From an uncultured delta proteobacterium (GTDB lineage: Bacteria > Myxococcota_A > Polyangia > Polyangiales > Polyangiaceae), in NCBI GenBank assembly GCA_963696385.1, contig CAVOKF010000004.1, positions 32,001-96,000 on the forward strand: a DNA stretch of 64,000 bases, given 5' to 3'. Under the pieces are notes generated by a model. It ran no database searches. It had not been told where the DNA came from and was given only the letters and a program-made list of their open reading frames with translations. Both the position numbers and the translations under genes were made by a program. Below are positions 40,770-50,578 of the stretch, piece after piece. Numbering within the stretch: position 1 is the first letter of the stretch; each line of letters starts with the position of its first letter.

Positions 40770-42245
40770 CATAGGTAGGATCTTTATTTCCCGAGTGATC
40801 TCGATCGCTTACGTGCATAGTGCACGAATTGGATAGTCAAAGGCATCGGGGATTCTCTAGACGCTGTTGTGAGACAACGCGAAAGGAGACCCCCGATGCA
40901 CGGATCAAACAGTACACGCGCCGGAGTCGGCGTGTATGCGAAACGGCTTACGGAAGTACTCGGCGAGGAGCAGGTGACCGCGATCGCGAGACGTAGCGGC
41001 TGGCTACGGCGAGTGCGCAAGGTGATGCCGCTGGCGATGGTCGTGGCGGTGCTGTCGACGCTCGGGTCGGGCCACGCCAAGTGGTTGGCCGATATTCTGC
41101 GGACGTTCCGGAAATTCGCGGGCCTTTCGCTGCGATATAAGCCCTTTCACAACCGGCTCGCGCAAGCGTCCTTTCCAGAGATGTTTCGGATGCTGCTGGA
41201 AGCGACGGTACAGAAGATGAGCCAGCCGGTTCTGCACGCCGTGTCCCCCAAACTGTCGACCTTTCGGGACATCGTCATTCACGACGGGACGTCGTTCGCG
41301 CTCAAGGACGACTTGAAACGCACATGGCCGGGCCGCTTTACGAAAATCTCGCCAGCCGCCGTGGAACTGCACGTCACGATGAGTCTGCTCCAAGACGATG
41401 TGCGCATCGTCGCCCTGACGGCCGACAAGGAGACCGAGCGAACCTACCGTCCCGAGGCCGCGAGTCTTCGCGAGCGGCTCTTTCTGGCCGACCGAGGGTA
41501 CGAGGAGCGAAAATTCTTTTTCGACGTCGACCAAGCCGGCGGCGCCTTCATCGTCCGCGGAACCAAAAACATTCGACCCACCATTCGGGCAGCTTTCGAC
41601 AGCGCCGGCAAATCCATCCCCAAGTTGCTCGGCCAGAAGTTGAACTGGGACCTGCTTCCGGCCCAGACGGTCGATCTCGACATCGAATGGCTGGCGAATT
41701 CATTCGTGTATCGCGGCCGAATTGTGGCGATCTACAAGCGCGGCAAGCGCAACGCGAAGACGTTCGTGTACCTGCACAGCAACCTCGCTCGCAAGCGCTT
41801 CTCCGCCGCCGACGTGGCCGGCTTGTATCGCCTCCGCTGGCAGGTGAAACTCCTGTTCAAAGAGTTCAAATCCCACGCCAACCTTCATGCCTTCGATACG
41901 GGCAAGGCCGCTATCGCGAAAGCGATGATATGGGCGAGCCTGCTCGCAGCCCTTCTGAAACGCTCGCTCGCACACTTCGCGGAAGCGTCGCTGGGGGTGG
42001 AGCTTTCGACCCAGCGAGCCGCCGCGTCCGGCAAGCATTACTTCGACGATGTCCTCCGCGGCCTTCTCGACTCGCCGCGCCAACTACGTCGTGCCCTCGC
42101 CGAAACGCTCAAGTTCCTCGATTCCAACGCGCGCCGCGCTCATCCTGCTCGCGATCGAAAGCGCGGACGTCTCGCTATGGGCCTCGAGCCACTCGCACTT
42201 GTGTGGTAGCGAGCGCCATCCCGAATCCCTAAGTACCAACTTATG
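40770..42245 (+). mobile_element. Complete IS4-family element with 10-bp TSD TGTACGCGCT
   Basis: Ends CATAGGTAGGATCTT and AAGTACCAACTTATG; TSD at 40760-40769 and 42246-42255. Confidence 0.95.
40896..42209 (+). CDS. IS4 transposase; catalytic Glu appears changed to Lys
   Basis: HDGT, LADRGY, YRLRWQVKLLFKEFK. Confidence 0.9.
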   Translation: MHGSNSTRAGVGVYAKRLTEVLGEEQVTAIARRSGWLRRVRKVMPLAMVVAVLSTLGSGHAKWLADILRTFRKFAGLSLRYKPFHNRLAQASFPEMFRMLLEATVQKMSQPVLHAVSPKLSTFRDIVIHDGTSFALKDDLKRTWPGRFTKISPAAVELHVTMSLLQDDVRIVALTADKETERTYRPEAASLRERLFLADRGYEERKFFFDVDQAGGAFIVRGTKNIRPTIRAAFDSAGKSIPKLLGQKLNWDLLPAQTVDLDIEWLANSFVYRGRIVAIYKRGKRNAKTFVYLHSNLARKRFSAADVAGLYRLRWQVKLLFKEFKSHANLHAFDTGKAAIAKAMIWASLLAALLKRSLAHFAEASLGVELSTQRAAASGKHYFDDVLRGLLDSPRQLRRALAETLKFLDSNARRAHPARDRKRGRLAMGLEPLALVW

Positions 42246-42538
42246 TGTACGCGCTTGCTTGTTGGCGAAGGTTTCATCGGCGCTCCGTCATTCGACCGCG
42301 ACGCGGCACCGTGCGCAATCCTCGCCTGGTGCCGACCATCTCGAGGCGTTGCTCGGAGTCCCGTGGTGCCGCGCTCGGACGGTCCGACCTCCTTCGGAAT
42401 CGCCTGGCGGGCCTTCGCATCGCCAGACGCTTGTCCGCCGCCGTGCGTCTCAGCCATTCGCGACCGGCTTGCGACCGCCGTATTCGGCGGTTTTCTTAGT
42501 GCGCCCGGCAGGGCCAAAGCGCCGCCGACTCACGCGGG

Positions 42539-43087
42539 TTACTGGCAGGGGCAGCAGTAATAGCCGTTGCCCCCCGGGGTCCCTCCAACCCCGACGCAGC
42601 CCTCGGGCGGGTTCTGGTACGTCCACGTCACCTGGCCTCCGTCGGGCAGCGATGGTACCGGCGGCCCCCCGCACGAGACAGCGTACTGAGTCGGGGCGCA
42701 CTTGTTCGTGCACGTCGCCGTCCCCGTGCTTGAACTGCACCCCGAGCAACTTGTCGGGTCGCTCGAGATACAAAGCTGCGTCAGCCCCGATACGGGTCCC
42801 GACGGTCCCTCTCCCCCTCCGCTCGCTGACGGTCCCCCTTCGCATACGACCCCCACGGGATACTGGCACTCGACGAACGCGCGCCCGACGGTGCACGTGC
42901 CCGGCCCACCATCATCCAGGTATGCAGGCCAATTGCACTGGGCGCTTGATTTGCTCGGTTGGGTTGGTTCGCTGGACTGGCTGCCGTCCGCTGTGCCCGA
43001 CGTTGCGGTCGATCCGGTTTCCCCGCCACAGCTGAGCGTCCACGCGACGATCGTCATAAGCACCATCGAGGGGGGAGTCCTCAACAT
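42539..43087 (-). CDS. Cys-rich lipoprotein
   Basis: TLSCGG lipobox; many Cys; ends YYCCPCQ. Confidence 0.65.
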   Translation of the reverse strand: MLRTPPSMVLMTIVAWTLSCGGETGSTATSGTADGSQSSEPTQPSKSSAQCNWPAYLDDGGPGTCTVGRAFVECQYPVGVVCEGGPSASGGGEGPSGPVSGLTQLCISSDPTSCSGCSSSTGTATCTNKCAPTQYAVSCGGPPVPSLPDGGQVTWTYQNPPEGCVGVGGTPGGNGYYCCPCQ

Positions 43088-43282
43088 GGGCGAAGCGTAG
43101 CGCGCCGACGAGGCGCATCGCCATCGACAACGTTTGACCGAACATGAGCGTCCGCAGCCCGTCGCGTGCCGCTTGCAGAATGGTCCAGGCTCAACTCACC
43201 CAAGGGGTGCCATCTTCGCCGTCCGTCATGCAGTCGTTGGCGCCTGTGAATCGGTTAGACCTGCCCTGCAGGCCAGTCGCTC

Positions 43283-43468
43283 TTACGGGCGCAACACACG
43301 AAGCTTGACCGCCCTTGCGAGCGCCGCTTGACGCTCGTCGTAAGTTATGAGGGTGCGACAGCCGAGCTCCACGGCGCTGGCGACGTGCAGCACGTCAAGC
43401 GTGCGTGTGCCGACCACCGGCGTGTGGAGGCGGCTAAGCTCGGTCGCACGATGAGAGCGCGTCTCCAT
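43283..43468 (-). pseudogene. PIN toxin C-terminal fragment
   Basis: RTLDVLHVASA...ITYDERQ. Confidence 0.75.
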
Positions 43469-43717
43469 CTAACCGCTGGCGGGGGGCCCAGGGACCCGGC
43501 GCCCGAGCCGCCGTGACGCGGCCACCTGCTCGACCGCGCTACCCCGTCCTCGTCGCACGGAGAGATGTCGAGACCTGAGGTCTGCGCAGCTCTGCCACGG
43601 GCGGCCGCTCCCGGCCGAGCCTGGCGCGGGGCGAGTCGCATGAAAGACAATTGAACTCAAATAGTTACGTTCACTCGCGCCGCGTTCTTGTTGTCATCAC
43701 GTCATCATCACGTAGCC

Positions 43718-43955
43718 ATGATGACTGGCCCGCGGGCACGAAGAGAATTATCTTTGGCGTATGCCCCCCGCGCGAAAGCTCGACGCTCCCCCCGTCGCCG
43801 ACAGGCGCGAAGGGCTCGACGTGCCGTTGTCCGCGGAAGCTCGGGCCGCGCTGGACGCCGGGCTCGAGAGCGCACGAGCCGACCTCGCCAGCGGTCGGCC
43901 GTTGACGGCGTGGGCCGACTTCACCGCGTTCGCCGTCGGCGACGACGACGAGTAG
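43718..43955 (+). CDS. Small acidic antitoxin-like protein, start uncertain
   Basis: LSAEARAALDAGLESARADLASGR..DFTAFAVGDDDE. Confidence 0.4.
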
Positions 43956-43997
43956 TCGCTCACGGAAAGTCGACTTTCCGTCGATGCGCTGCGACCC

Positions 43998-44306
43998 CTA
44001 CGGGTGCGGCGTGATCGCGACGACGTAGATCCACCCGCGTGCCTGGGGCGGGTAGCAGAAGAAGATGCGGTACGCGCCTGGCGTCTTGTTCTGCGCGTAG
44101 GCCACGAAGAGCGTGCCGCCATGGGGGCACGTCTCGCCGACCATAGAGTGCACGTTCAGACCCCGGTGGTTCGGGTCGAGCTGAAGCCGCCCGAGCGCCT
44201 TCTTGACGGCCTTGAGCCGGCGGAACAGGCCGGCGTCGCTCTCGAGCGCCTCGAGCTGCTCCTTCGCAGCTGGGGAGCGGTCGAGTTGGTACGGAGGGGG
44301 CGGCAT
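43998..44306 (-). CDS. RelE/ParE-like toxin
   Basis: AKEQLEAL...KALGRLQLDPNHRGL...YRIFFCY...VVAITPHP. Confidence 0.7.
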   Translation of the reverse strand: MPPPPYQLDRSPAAKEQLEALESDAGLFRRLKAVKKALGRLQLDPNHRGLNVHSMVGETCPHGGTLFVAYAQNKTPGAYRIFFCYPPQARGWIYVVAITPHP

Positions 44307-44643
44307 GGCGAGATCAAGATAGCGGACGAGGTCGACGGCTCATTTTAGTGCTTCGCCACAGGCATGTCGGACCGGGCTGCGACCGTCGGCGACACGACCG
44401 TGGCCAAGGTGGGCCCGGCGGCGGTATCGGGCTACCGGGTTGGTGCGGAGCGACGGCGCATCGTTTCGAGTTCTTGGCGCATCGCCTGGCGCTCCGTGGC
44501 GAGAGCGGCGGCTGTTTCTGCGTTATCGGCTAATCCAAGTAACCGTGTCAGGTTCGTAATGGCTATTTCGAGCTCGACGAGGCGCTCCGGATTGCCATAC
44601 GATTGCCATACAGCGGGCTCATCTGGGGAGATTTGGGGGGGTC

Positions 44644-45971
44644 TCAGATCGTTGATCGGGCTTGTTTTTTCGATCGCCCATGCAATCGTGAATTCGTGGT
44701 CCGTTTGGAAATCATGTGTACCTGCAAGGGTACCGAGGGTTCGAATCCCTCTCTCTCCGCATAGTTAGACGCGATTGTCTGAGTTTTTACTTCGCTCGCG
44801 TGGGGCAATCCGTGGGGTAATCGCAGATCTGCAATGGCCTCGTCGAGGGATTGCAGCGGGCCCAGCGCGAGCTCGGTCCACGTGCGCGCGGCGCGCCGAT
44901 ACCGATTGATCATGACGCTCGATCGATGGCCCGTTCGGTCCGCAACCCACGTTCGAACAGCGCGGGACGCGTCACCCCCGCGTCGTGAAGGTCGCGTCGG
45001 AGCTCGTCGGCCAAGTGAAACGTATAGAGCGAGGCGGAGCTGCCCGGCTCGCAGAAGACGAAGTCGTCCGGAGTCGCGTTCGGGTGGTGCACCGCCTTCC
45101 ACGTCCGCAAGGCGCGCGCGACGCCCGGATCGAGCGCCCAACCGCGCGGATCGTCGGTCTTGTTTTCATCGAGCATGATGTGCCCGCAGCCGAGATCGAG
45201 GTCCTTCCAGCGCAACCCGCCGAGCTCGTCGCGACGTAGGCCCTCGCGCGCGAGCATTCCGAAGAAGAGACGCCGGACGAGAGCCACCTCGCGGCACGCC
45301 AAGAGGGCGCGGTCCTCGTCGGGATGAAGATGCGTGAACGCCTTGCTCGGCTTGACCTTCGGCAGCCACCCGCGAGGAATGGGGTTTTCCTTGATGTGAC
45401 GCGCCGGGTAGACCGCCAGCGCCAGCACACGCCGCACGACCTGCACCACGTGACGGCGCGTCGAGGCCGACTTGCCCTCGGACATGTTCGCCATCACCAG
45501 CTCCGCGCCGTCGAACGTGAACGCGTCGAGCGGGATGTGCCCGACGTGAGGGTTTACGTAGAGCCGCAAGAACCGCTCGTCGGCCTCGTGCTTTTTGGGC
45601 GGCGCGTGGTCGGGAAAGCGCTGTTCGAGCTCGCCATCGGTCCACTGCTTGGCGAAGGCTGCAAACGTGGGCACGTCCACCTGAGCTTCGACCGTGCCCG
45701 AACAGAGGCCTTCGACCGCGGCCACGAACGTGTGCCAGGGTCGTCCGGATCGCGCTTTCGCGCCCAATTCAAGCATCTTGGGCACCTCGTCAAGGCGGCC
45801 GGCGCGTCGGCGCCGTGCCGCGACACGTGCCAATGCGGTCGTGCGTTCCTCGGCGGCGACCTCGACCGCGCACGTCGGAAGTACGAAGCGTCGCTCGCGC
45901 CCCTCCATGGTAATCCGGGCGGCGAAGCCGCTCGCGAGACGCCGGACTTCGCCTTTGGCCTCACGGGGCAT
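44644..45971 (-). pseudogene. Tyrosine integrase with an internal deletion of the HxxR motif (~44950)
   Basis: Paralog of the 53931 and 56652 integrases (EGLR, LDENKTDDPR); RPALFER jumps to TWVADRTGH in another frame. Confidence 0.88.
44704..44760 (+). other. 3' half of tRNA-Ser(GGA) forming an att core
   Basis: TTGGAAATC, long variable arm, GAGGGTTCGAATCCCTC T-arm, TCTCTCCGC; no 5' half; GATTGCCATAC x2 on the left and GGGGYAATC x2 on the right. Confidence 0.85.
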
Positions 45972-46320
45972 GGCGGCTCCCGCGACTGCGCGCCCCTTCG
46001 CGCCCGGGACGACCGCCTCTCCATCGGCCCGACGAAACGTTGTGGCGAGGCCAGGGGGAAAGGACGACGTTATTCATGCTTCACTTCCCGCCGTTCCTCG
46101 ATGAATTGGTCCGCCGGGCGGCGCGAGGGCTCGTGCAAGCGCACTTCACCTTTGGGACCAAGGGAGGCGGTCTCGGCGGGAAGAGGCATGAGCATGCCGG
46201 TCACCATCGCACGAGCATAAAGCGTTTCCCCGCCCTTGCCCCATCCCTGTCTCATCGCAGTCCGCAGGGATGTCAGCGGGATCGTGCGACGCCCGGCGAA
46301 GAATTGCGGCGGTTGAGCCG

Positions 46321-46686
46321 TCAGTGTCCGACGGGCAACCTGCGCAGGCGGTAGCGCGTGTCCTCGACGCTCACGATCGCTCCCGCGTCGAGTGCGCCGG
46401 CAGCGTTCTCGAGGACGACGGCGAGGCGCGCGATTAAATGGTCCGTACGCGTATTGCGAAGTCGAAAGACGATGGCGCTCGTCTTCGACTGCGAAGTCGA
46501 CACGATTTCGGTGAAATCGAGATCCCAAGTGAGCACGATGCGGTCCTCGGCCCGTGCCTTGGCGAAGATGGCGTCGTCGGCAAGTCGATGGAGGCCTTGG
46601 TCGCGAAGGTGCACGGCGTCGTGTCCGTACTCGATCAGCCAATGCACCACGCGCGGGCCCACACCCATGTCGACAAGAAAGCGCAC
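46321..46686 (-). CDS. DUF5615 PIN-like toxin
   Basis: MRFLVDMG...GHDAVH...IVLTWDLDF. Confidence 0.88.
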   Translation of the reverse strand: MRFLVDMGVGPRVVHWLIEYGHDAVHLRDQGLHRLADDAIFAKARAEDRIVLTWDLDFTEIVSTSQSKTSAIVFRLRNTRTDHLIARLAVVLENAAGALDAGAIVSVEDTRYRLRRLPVGH

Positions 46687-46689
46687 GGG

Positions 46690-46908
46690 CTACTCGGCCG
46701 AATGAACCTCTTCCGTCGTGAGCCAGGCCGCGTACTCCAGGGCTTGGCGGACGTCCTGCTCTTCGAGATCCGGATGGTCCCTAAGAACCTCCGCAGTGCT
46801 CGCCCCGTGCGCAATCGCGCCTACGATGACCGAGACGGGAATACGCATCCCGCGGATGCACGCGCGGCCTCCGAGAACGTGCGGTTGGAACGTGATGCGG
46901 TCGAACAT
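46690..46908 (-). CDS. DUF433 antitoxin
   Basis: RITFQPHVLGGRACIRGMRIPV...LEEQDVRQALEYAA. Confidence 0.9.
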   Translation of the reverse strand: MFDRITFQPHVLGGRACIRGMRIPVSVIVGAIAHGASTAEVLRDHPDLEEQDVRQALEYAAWLTTEEVHSAE

Positions 46909-47049
46909 AACGGACGCATTCACTGTAGCACCGCGGCGGCGTGACATCGGCCACCCTAGAGCCGCTCATCGGTATACGTCCCGAACCGGCGCACCGGTCA
47001 CTCCGCGCTTCTTCGCGTCGTTCTACACTTCCTCGACCTGCTGCGGGAT

Positions 47050-47195
47050 TTCCCGTTGCCCAGGCCATCGATTCGCATCCAAATCTGGGCCACTCCCTGA
47101 GCCGTTCCCGACCGAAGAGCCGGATGGTGGCAATCTCCTTGTCCGGATCCGAGAGGGCCCCGGCTGGTCTAGCACACCGGCCGGGGCTACTCGAC
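47050..47195 (+). ncRNA. Group II intron 3' remnant (RT C-terminus, domains V and VI)
   Basis: FPLPRPSIRIQIWATP*, then GAGCCGGATGGTGGCAATCTCCTTGTCCGGATC and CCCCGGC...GCCGGGGCTACTCGAC. Confidence 0.8.
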
Positions 47196-47303
47196 AGGGT
47201 CGCGTTATGAGCCGACACGCCTTGCTTTGGCTACTCGCCGACAGGATACTCATTTGCTCAATTGGCGGATCAGCCTGCGGAGCGTGCGTCGCCGCTGCCG
47301 TCG

Positions 47304-47720
47304 TCACTCATCCTTGAACTCTCGCTCCGACCAGTAGCCGGGTCGGCGCCTCGCATGGGCGAAGGCGAGCAGGTGGGGCTCGCCTTCGCGAAGGTAGTAG
47401 AAGGCCACAAAGGGAAACGGTCGCGGGTACACGACCTTGCGCACCTCGACAAGCAGTGGCCCGGACCAAGAGGGGCCCGTGACCGAGATGAGCCCGTGTC
47501 TTTGGAACTGCCGGGGAGCCTCGTCGATGTGATCGATCACCCGCAGGGTAGCGCGCTCGAAGCGATCGCCGACTCGAGGGTCGAGCTTCGTGTAGTGCCG
47601 GACCGCGCGCACGGCCTCCCGTGCGGCGTCGGGATGGACGCGCACTGGGAAGCGCTCAGCGGGCCCGGAGCTGCGTGACGAACTCCTCTTTCGTGAGGAG
47701 CTTCGCTTCCCCGCGCTCAA
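47304..47720 (-). CDS. ParE-like toxin (start uncertain)
   Basis: VHPDAARE...FPFVAFY...LAFAHARRRPGYW. Confidence 0.8.
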   Translation of the reverse strand: MSAGKRSSSRKRSSSRSSGPAERFPVRVHPDAAREAVRAVRHYTKLDPRVGDRFERATLRVIDHIDEAPRQFQRHGLISVTGPSWSGPLLVEVRKVVYPRPFPFVAFYYLREGEPHLLAFAHARRRPGYWSEREFKDE

Positions 47721-47886
47721 TCTGCTCCATTCGGTTTGAGAGCTCGCCGTTCCACGCGTGTTCCCACTCGGCAGGGCTCAGCGTCTCGGCAACGTCGAGC
47801 TCGTCGCGCAGCTCGTCGCGCTCGGCTTCGTCGAGCTCGGATACGAGTTCCAGGATGGCGCGCACGCGCGAAGACGAAGCGGGCAT
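47656..47886 (-). CDS. Addiction-module antitoxin
   Basis: ERDELRDEL...EHAWNGELSNRMEQIERGE. Confidence 0.75.
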   Translation of the reverse strand: MPASSSRVRAILELVSELDEAERDELRDELDVAETLSPAEWEHAWNGELSNRMEQIERGEAKLLTKEEFVTQLRAR

Positions 47887-48342
47887 GGACCAAAGCGTGC
47901 CTCGGGGAGGGCGGCATGTCCAGCAGACCCTGGTGCCGCCCCCGGTGAGCGGCCCACCGTCGGGGCGAGCCGCGGGCTTGTCCTACGTGCGCGCGTACGT
48001 CGTCCACCGTGCAAGAAAAGAAGCAACACTCCTTTTGCTCATTCACTCAGAAGATCAGCCAAAGCGGCGAGCCAAGAGGCTGCCGACCCGGTCGAAGACC
48101 GCGCCGAACTTGTCGTCGCGGTCGCGGACGATGGACCGCGGTCCCGTTCCGAAGGCCGTTGCGCTTCGCGTTTTGTCCGTTGACCGGACGTTGCCATGCT
48201 GATCTCAAATCGCGTGATGTCGCGTGACGACCCCTGATGCTGCGATGGCGACGAATCCCACGTCTTTTCATGGTGTTTTGAATAAATACCGATATTTACG
48301 AAGCTAACCGAAATAAGGCTTTTCTCAACTCATAACCAGAAG

Positions 48343-48982
48343 ATGTACCTGACGTCGCACGACGAGGAGTTTCGCGAGAAGCGCGATGACGTGTTGCGCC
48401 TCTACTACGAGACGCCCACCGACGAGCACATTATCTGCCTCGATGAGAAGACGGGCATCCAGGCGATCGAGCGCCGCTACGCGGACATCCCCATGCAGTC
48501 CGGGCAGCCGGTGCGCCGCGAGTTCGAATACATCCGTCACGGCACGCTCTGCTGGATGGGTGCATTCGACGTGCGTCGCGGTCGCCCCTTCGGCTTCGCC
48601 TCCTGCGACCACAACAGCGATACCTTCATCGACCTGCTCGATCTCGTGAACCTCTGCTACCCGGCCGGGCGCGGGCACTTCGTGATGGACAACCTGTCCG
48701 CCCACGACACGCCCGACGTCAAACGAGTGGCTCGACGAGCACCCGCGTTGGACCCGACACTTCACGCCCAAGCACGCATCGTGGCTCAACCAGATCGAGT
48801 GCTGGTTCTCCATCCTTCAGCGACGCGTGATCGCTCGAGGTTCCTTCTCCTCGACCGCGCAACTCGCCGAGCGGCTCAACGCCTACGTCCTCTGGCACCT
48901 GCGCACTGACCAGCCCTTCCACTGGTCCTACCGCCCCAAGTCGTGGGGCGAATCCGGTGGGACTTCCGCCGAGCGGAACTAG
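48343..48982 (+). pseudogene. IS630-family transposase, 5'-truncated and frameshifted at ~48722
   Basis: CLDEKTGIQA, EYIRHGT, MDNLSAH, then FTPKHASWLNQIECWFS in another frame; ends GGAACTAG. Confidence 0.88.
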
Positions 48983-49332
48983 CTACTAGCTTAGGCGTGG
49001 ACTCGGCTACGAGCGGGCTCGTGGCCGCCTCGGCATGCGAGGTGTCGGCGAGTAGTCGGGGCTGCGAAGCGTACACAGCGGGCGCGCAGGCCGTGCAAAG
49101 AGCCTCGAAATCCGTCTCTTCGCGGAGGCCGACGCGTTCTGAAACGCGGAAGGCAGCGTCGACGTGGCCGCAAAGTCGGGCGAGCCCGAAGGCCTGGCCC
49201 GTCGACTCTGCCGGGGTGAACAGCAGGGCATGCCTACGGCCACGCGAAACGGCTGTCCAGACGTCCGGCGCCATCCGATTTGGGTCCGGCTCCACTCGAG
49301 TCGAGAGCGTTGGTTGATCGCGTATCCGAGCG

Positions 49333-49443
49333 GCGAGTAGCCAGTCGAAAGGGTATCGGTCAACGAAGAGCCGCCGGAAACCGCCGCGGTCACATATCGC
49401 ATCTTTATCGCATCTTAGGTGCGTCCGTTGTCATTGAAAGTGC
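49333..49443 (-). repeat. 112-bp unit, copy 9 (inverted, core duplication, left end degraded)
   Basis: Reverse complement CTTTCAATGACAACG...CCT-AAGATGCGAT-A-AAGATGCGAT-ATGTGACC...CTACTCGC; abuts a 38-bp IS66 tnpC fragment (49295-49332). Confidence 0.9.
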
Positions 49444-49519
49444 AGCGAAGCTAGCTGCCGTTCTTGCAAGTGAAAGTCTTGCCGATGGAATCAACCAGTT
49501 ACCATCGTAGTTATACCCA

Positions 49520-50271
49520 GCGCCGTGAAGGGCGATCGGATCGGCGAAAGCCTGGGAGTAAAAGCCCCCGTCGGCTGTCTGCAGGCCGGATCCACACAGG
49601 GGGGCGAGCCAGTCGTCAGGTCGTAGCGAAAGCGAACCGTACAAGCCTCGAAATCAACGGCGCGGCTGAAGTGGATGCCGGGAGTGTCGAGAGCGCCGAG
49701 CCGTTTTTCAGTCGGCGAAGGCCAAAGTCGTCGGTGAAGAACTGGTTCATGCAGCCGACGAGCTCTCCGGGGTCGCAGGGGACGACATGACGGCACAGAA
49801 CGGTCAGCAAAAGCTCGGAACCACTCGCGGGCAGCCCAGGCGCACCCGCACAGCAAAGGCATCGCGTATAAGCCGCCGAGCGGCGAAGTCGCGATGTGCC
49901 GGCGAGTGGGGCGGATGGGGCCGAATAAGCGTTGATGGACCGGGACACTATAACCCGGACCGGAGCGAGGGCCCCTGGGGTAGAGCGGGGTTTGCCGCTC
50001 GAACAGCGGTACTCCACCCGCCAGCGTCCCTCGACACAGAGCGAGGACCGGCGACTGGCTTGGAGAGTACGAAGGGCGCAGACAAACCGCGCGAGGCGAC
50101 GGGAATGCCAGGTGCAGGCTTAACCGGAGTTGCGTGCGGGCAGGTCCCGCCTGACAAGCTGGCCTTCGAGCCGTACTGGGGAAAACTCGCCGTACGGAAT
50201 CTTAGGGGGGGCGGGAGGAAACGGGAGCACGGCTGCCGCTAAACGGGCACGAAGCGGGAAACCGGCGACAC
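49520..50271 (+). ncRNA. ORF-less group II intron-like ribozyme, ends truncated
   Basis: GCGCCGTGAAGGGCG 5'-like start; domain V GAGCCGTACTGGGGAAAACTCGCCGTACGGAATC at 50168-50201; no RT ORF. Confidence 0.7.
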
Positions 50272-50383
50272 CCGCGTGGGGCATGATCGATTCGGCGAGG
50301 CGCAGAGGGCGGCGGGACTGGACGAGGCGGACTTCGTAGACGGGGATTTTCGTAAGCGGAACTTTGGGGGCTGTCGTGTCCAT
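50272..50383 (-). pseudogene. RadC/JAB-like N-terminal fragment
   Basis: KIPVYEVRLVQSRRPL. Confidence 0.45.
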
Positions 50384-50578
50384 CGGGGGAACCTGCTTGG
50401 GTTGGCTTCGAGCCGGTGGCTTCCGGCCCGTTCGCATCAAGCGGGACGCCGCGACGCTCCTCGGCATGACGGGCTGCATTTCCGGAGGGCTCCCGCGTGC
50501 GGGAAACCGCGAGGCCCGGAAGGCGCTCGTCGAGATCGAGGCGCGCGTTCAGGCAAGGGCAAGGGGGCTTAAGCCTCA

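Noticed and set aside
44704..44760. Functional tRNA-Ser gene
   Set aside because: The 5' acceptor strand and D-arm are absent; treated as an att fragment.
47008..47035. TTCTTCGCGTCGYTCTACAC also found at ~60861
   Set aside because: Short match, possibly an element end, but no further support.
48204..48212. CTCAAATCG as a tenth unit copy
   Set aside because: The match stops after 9 bp and no core follows.
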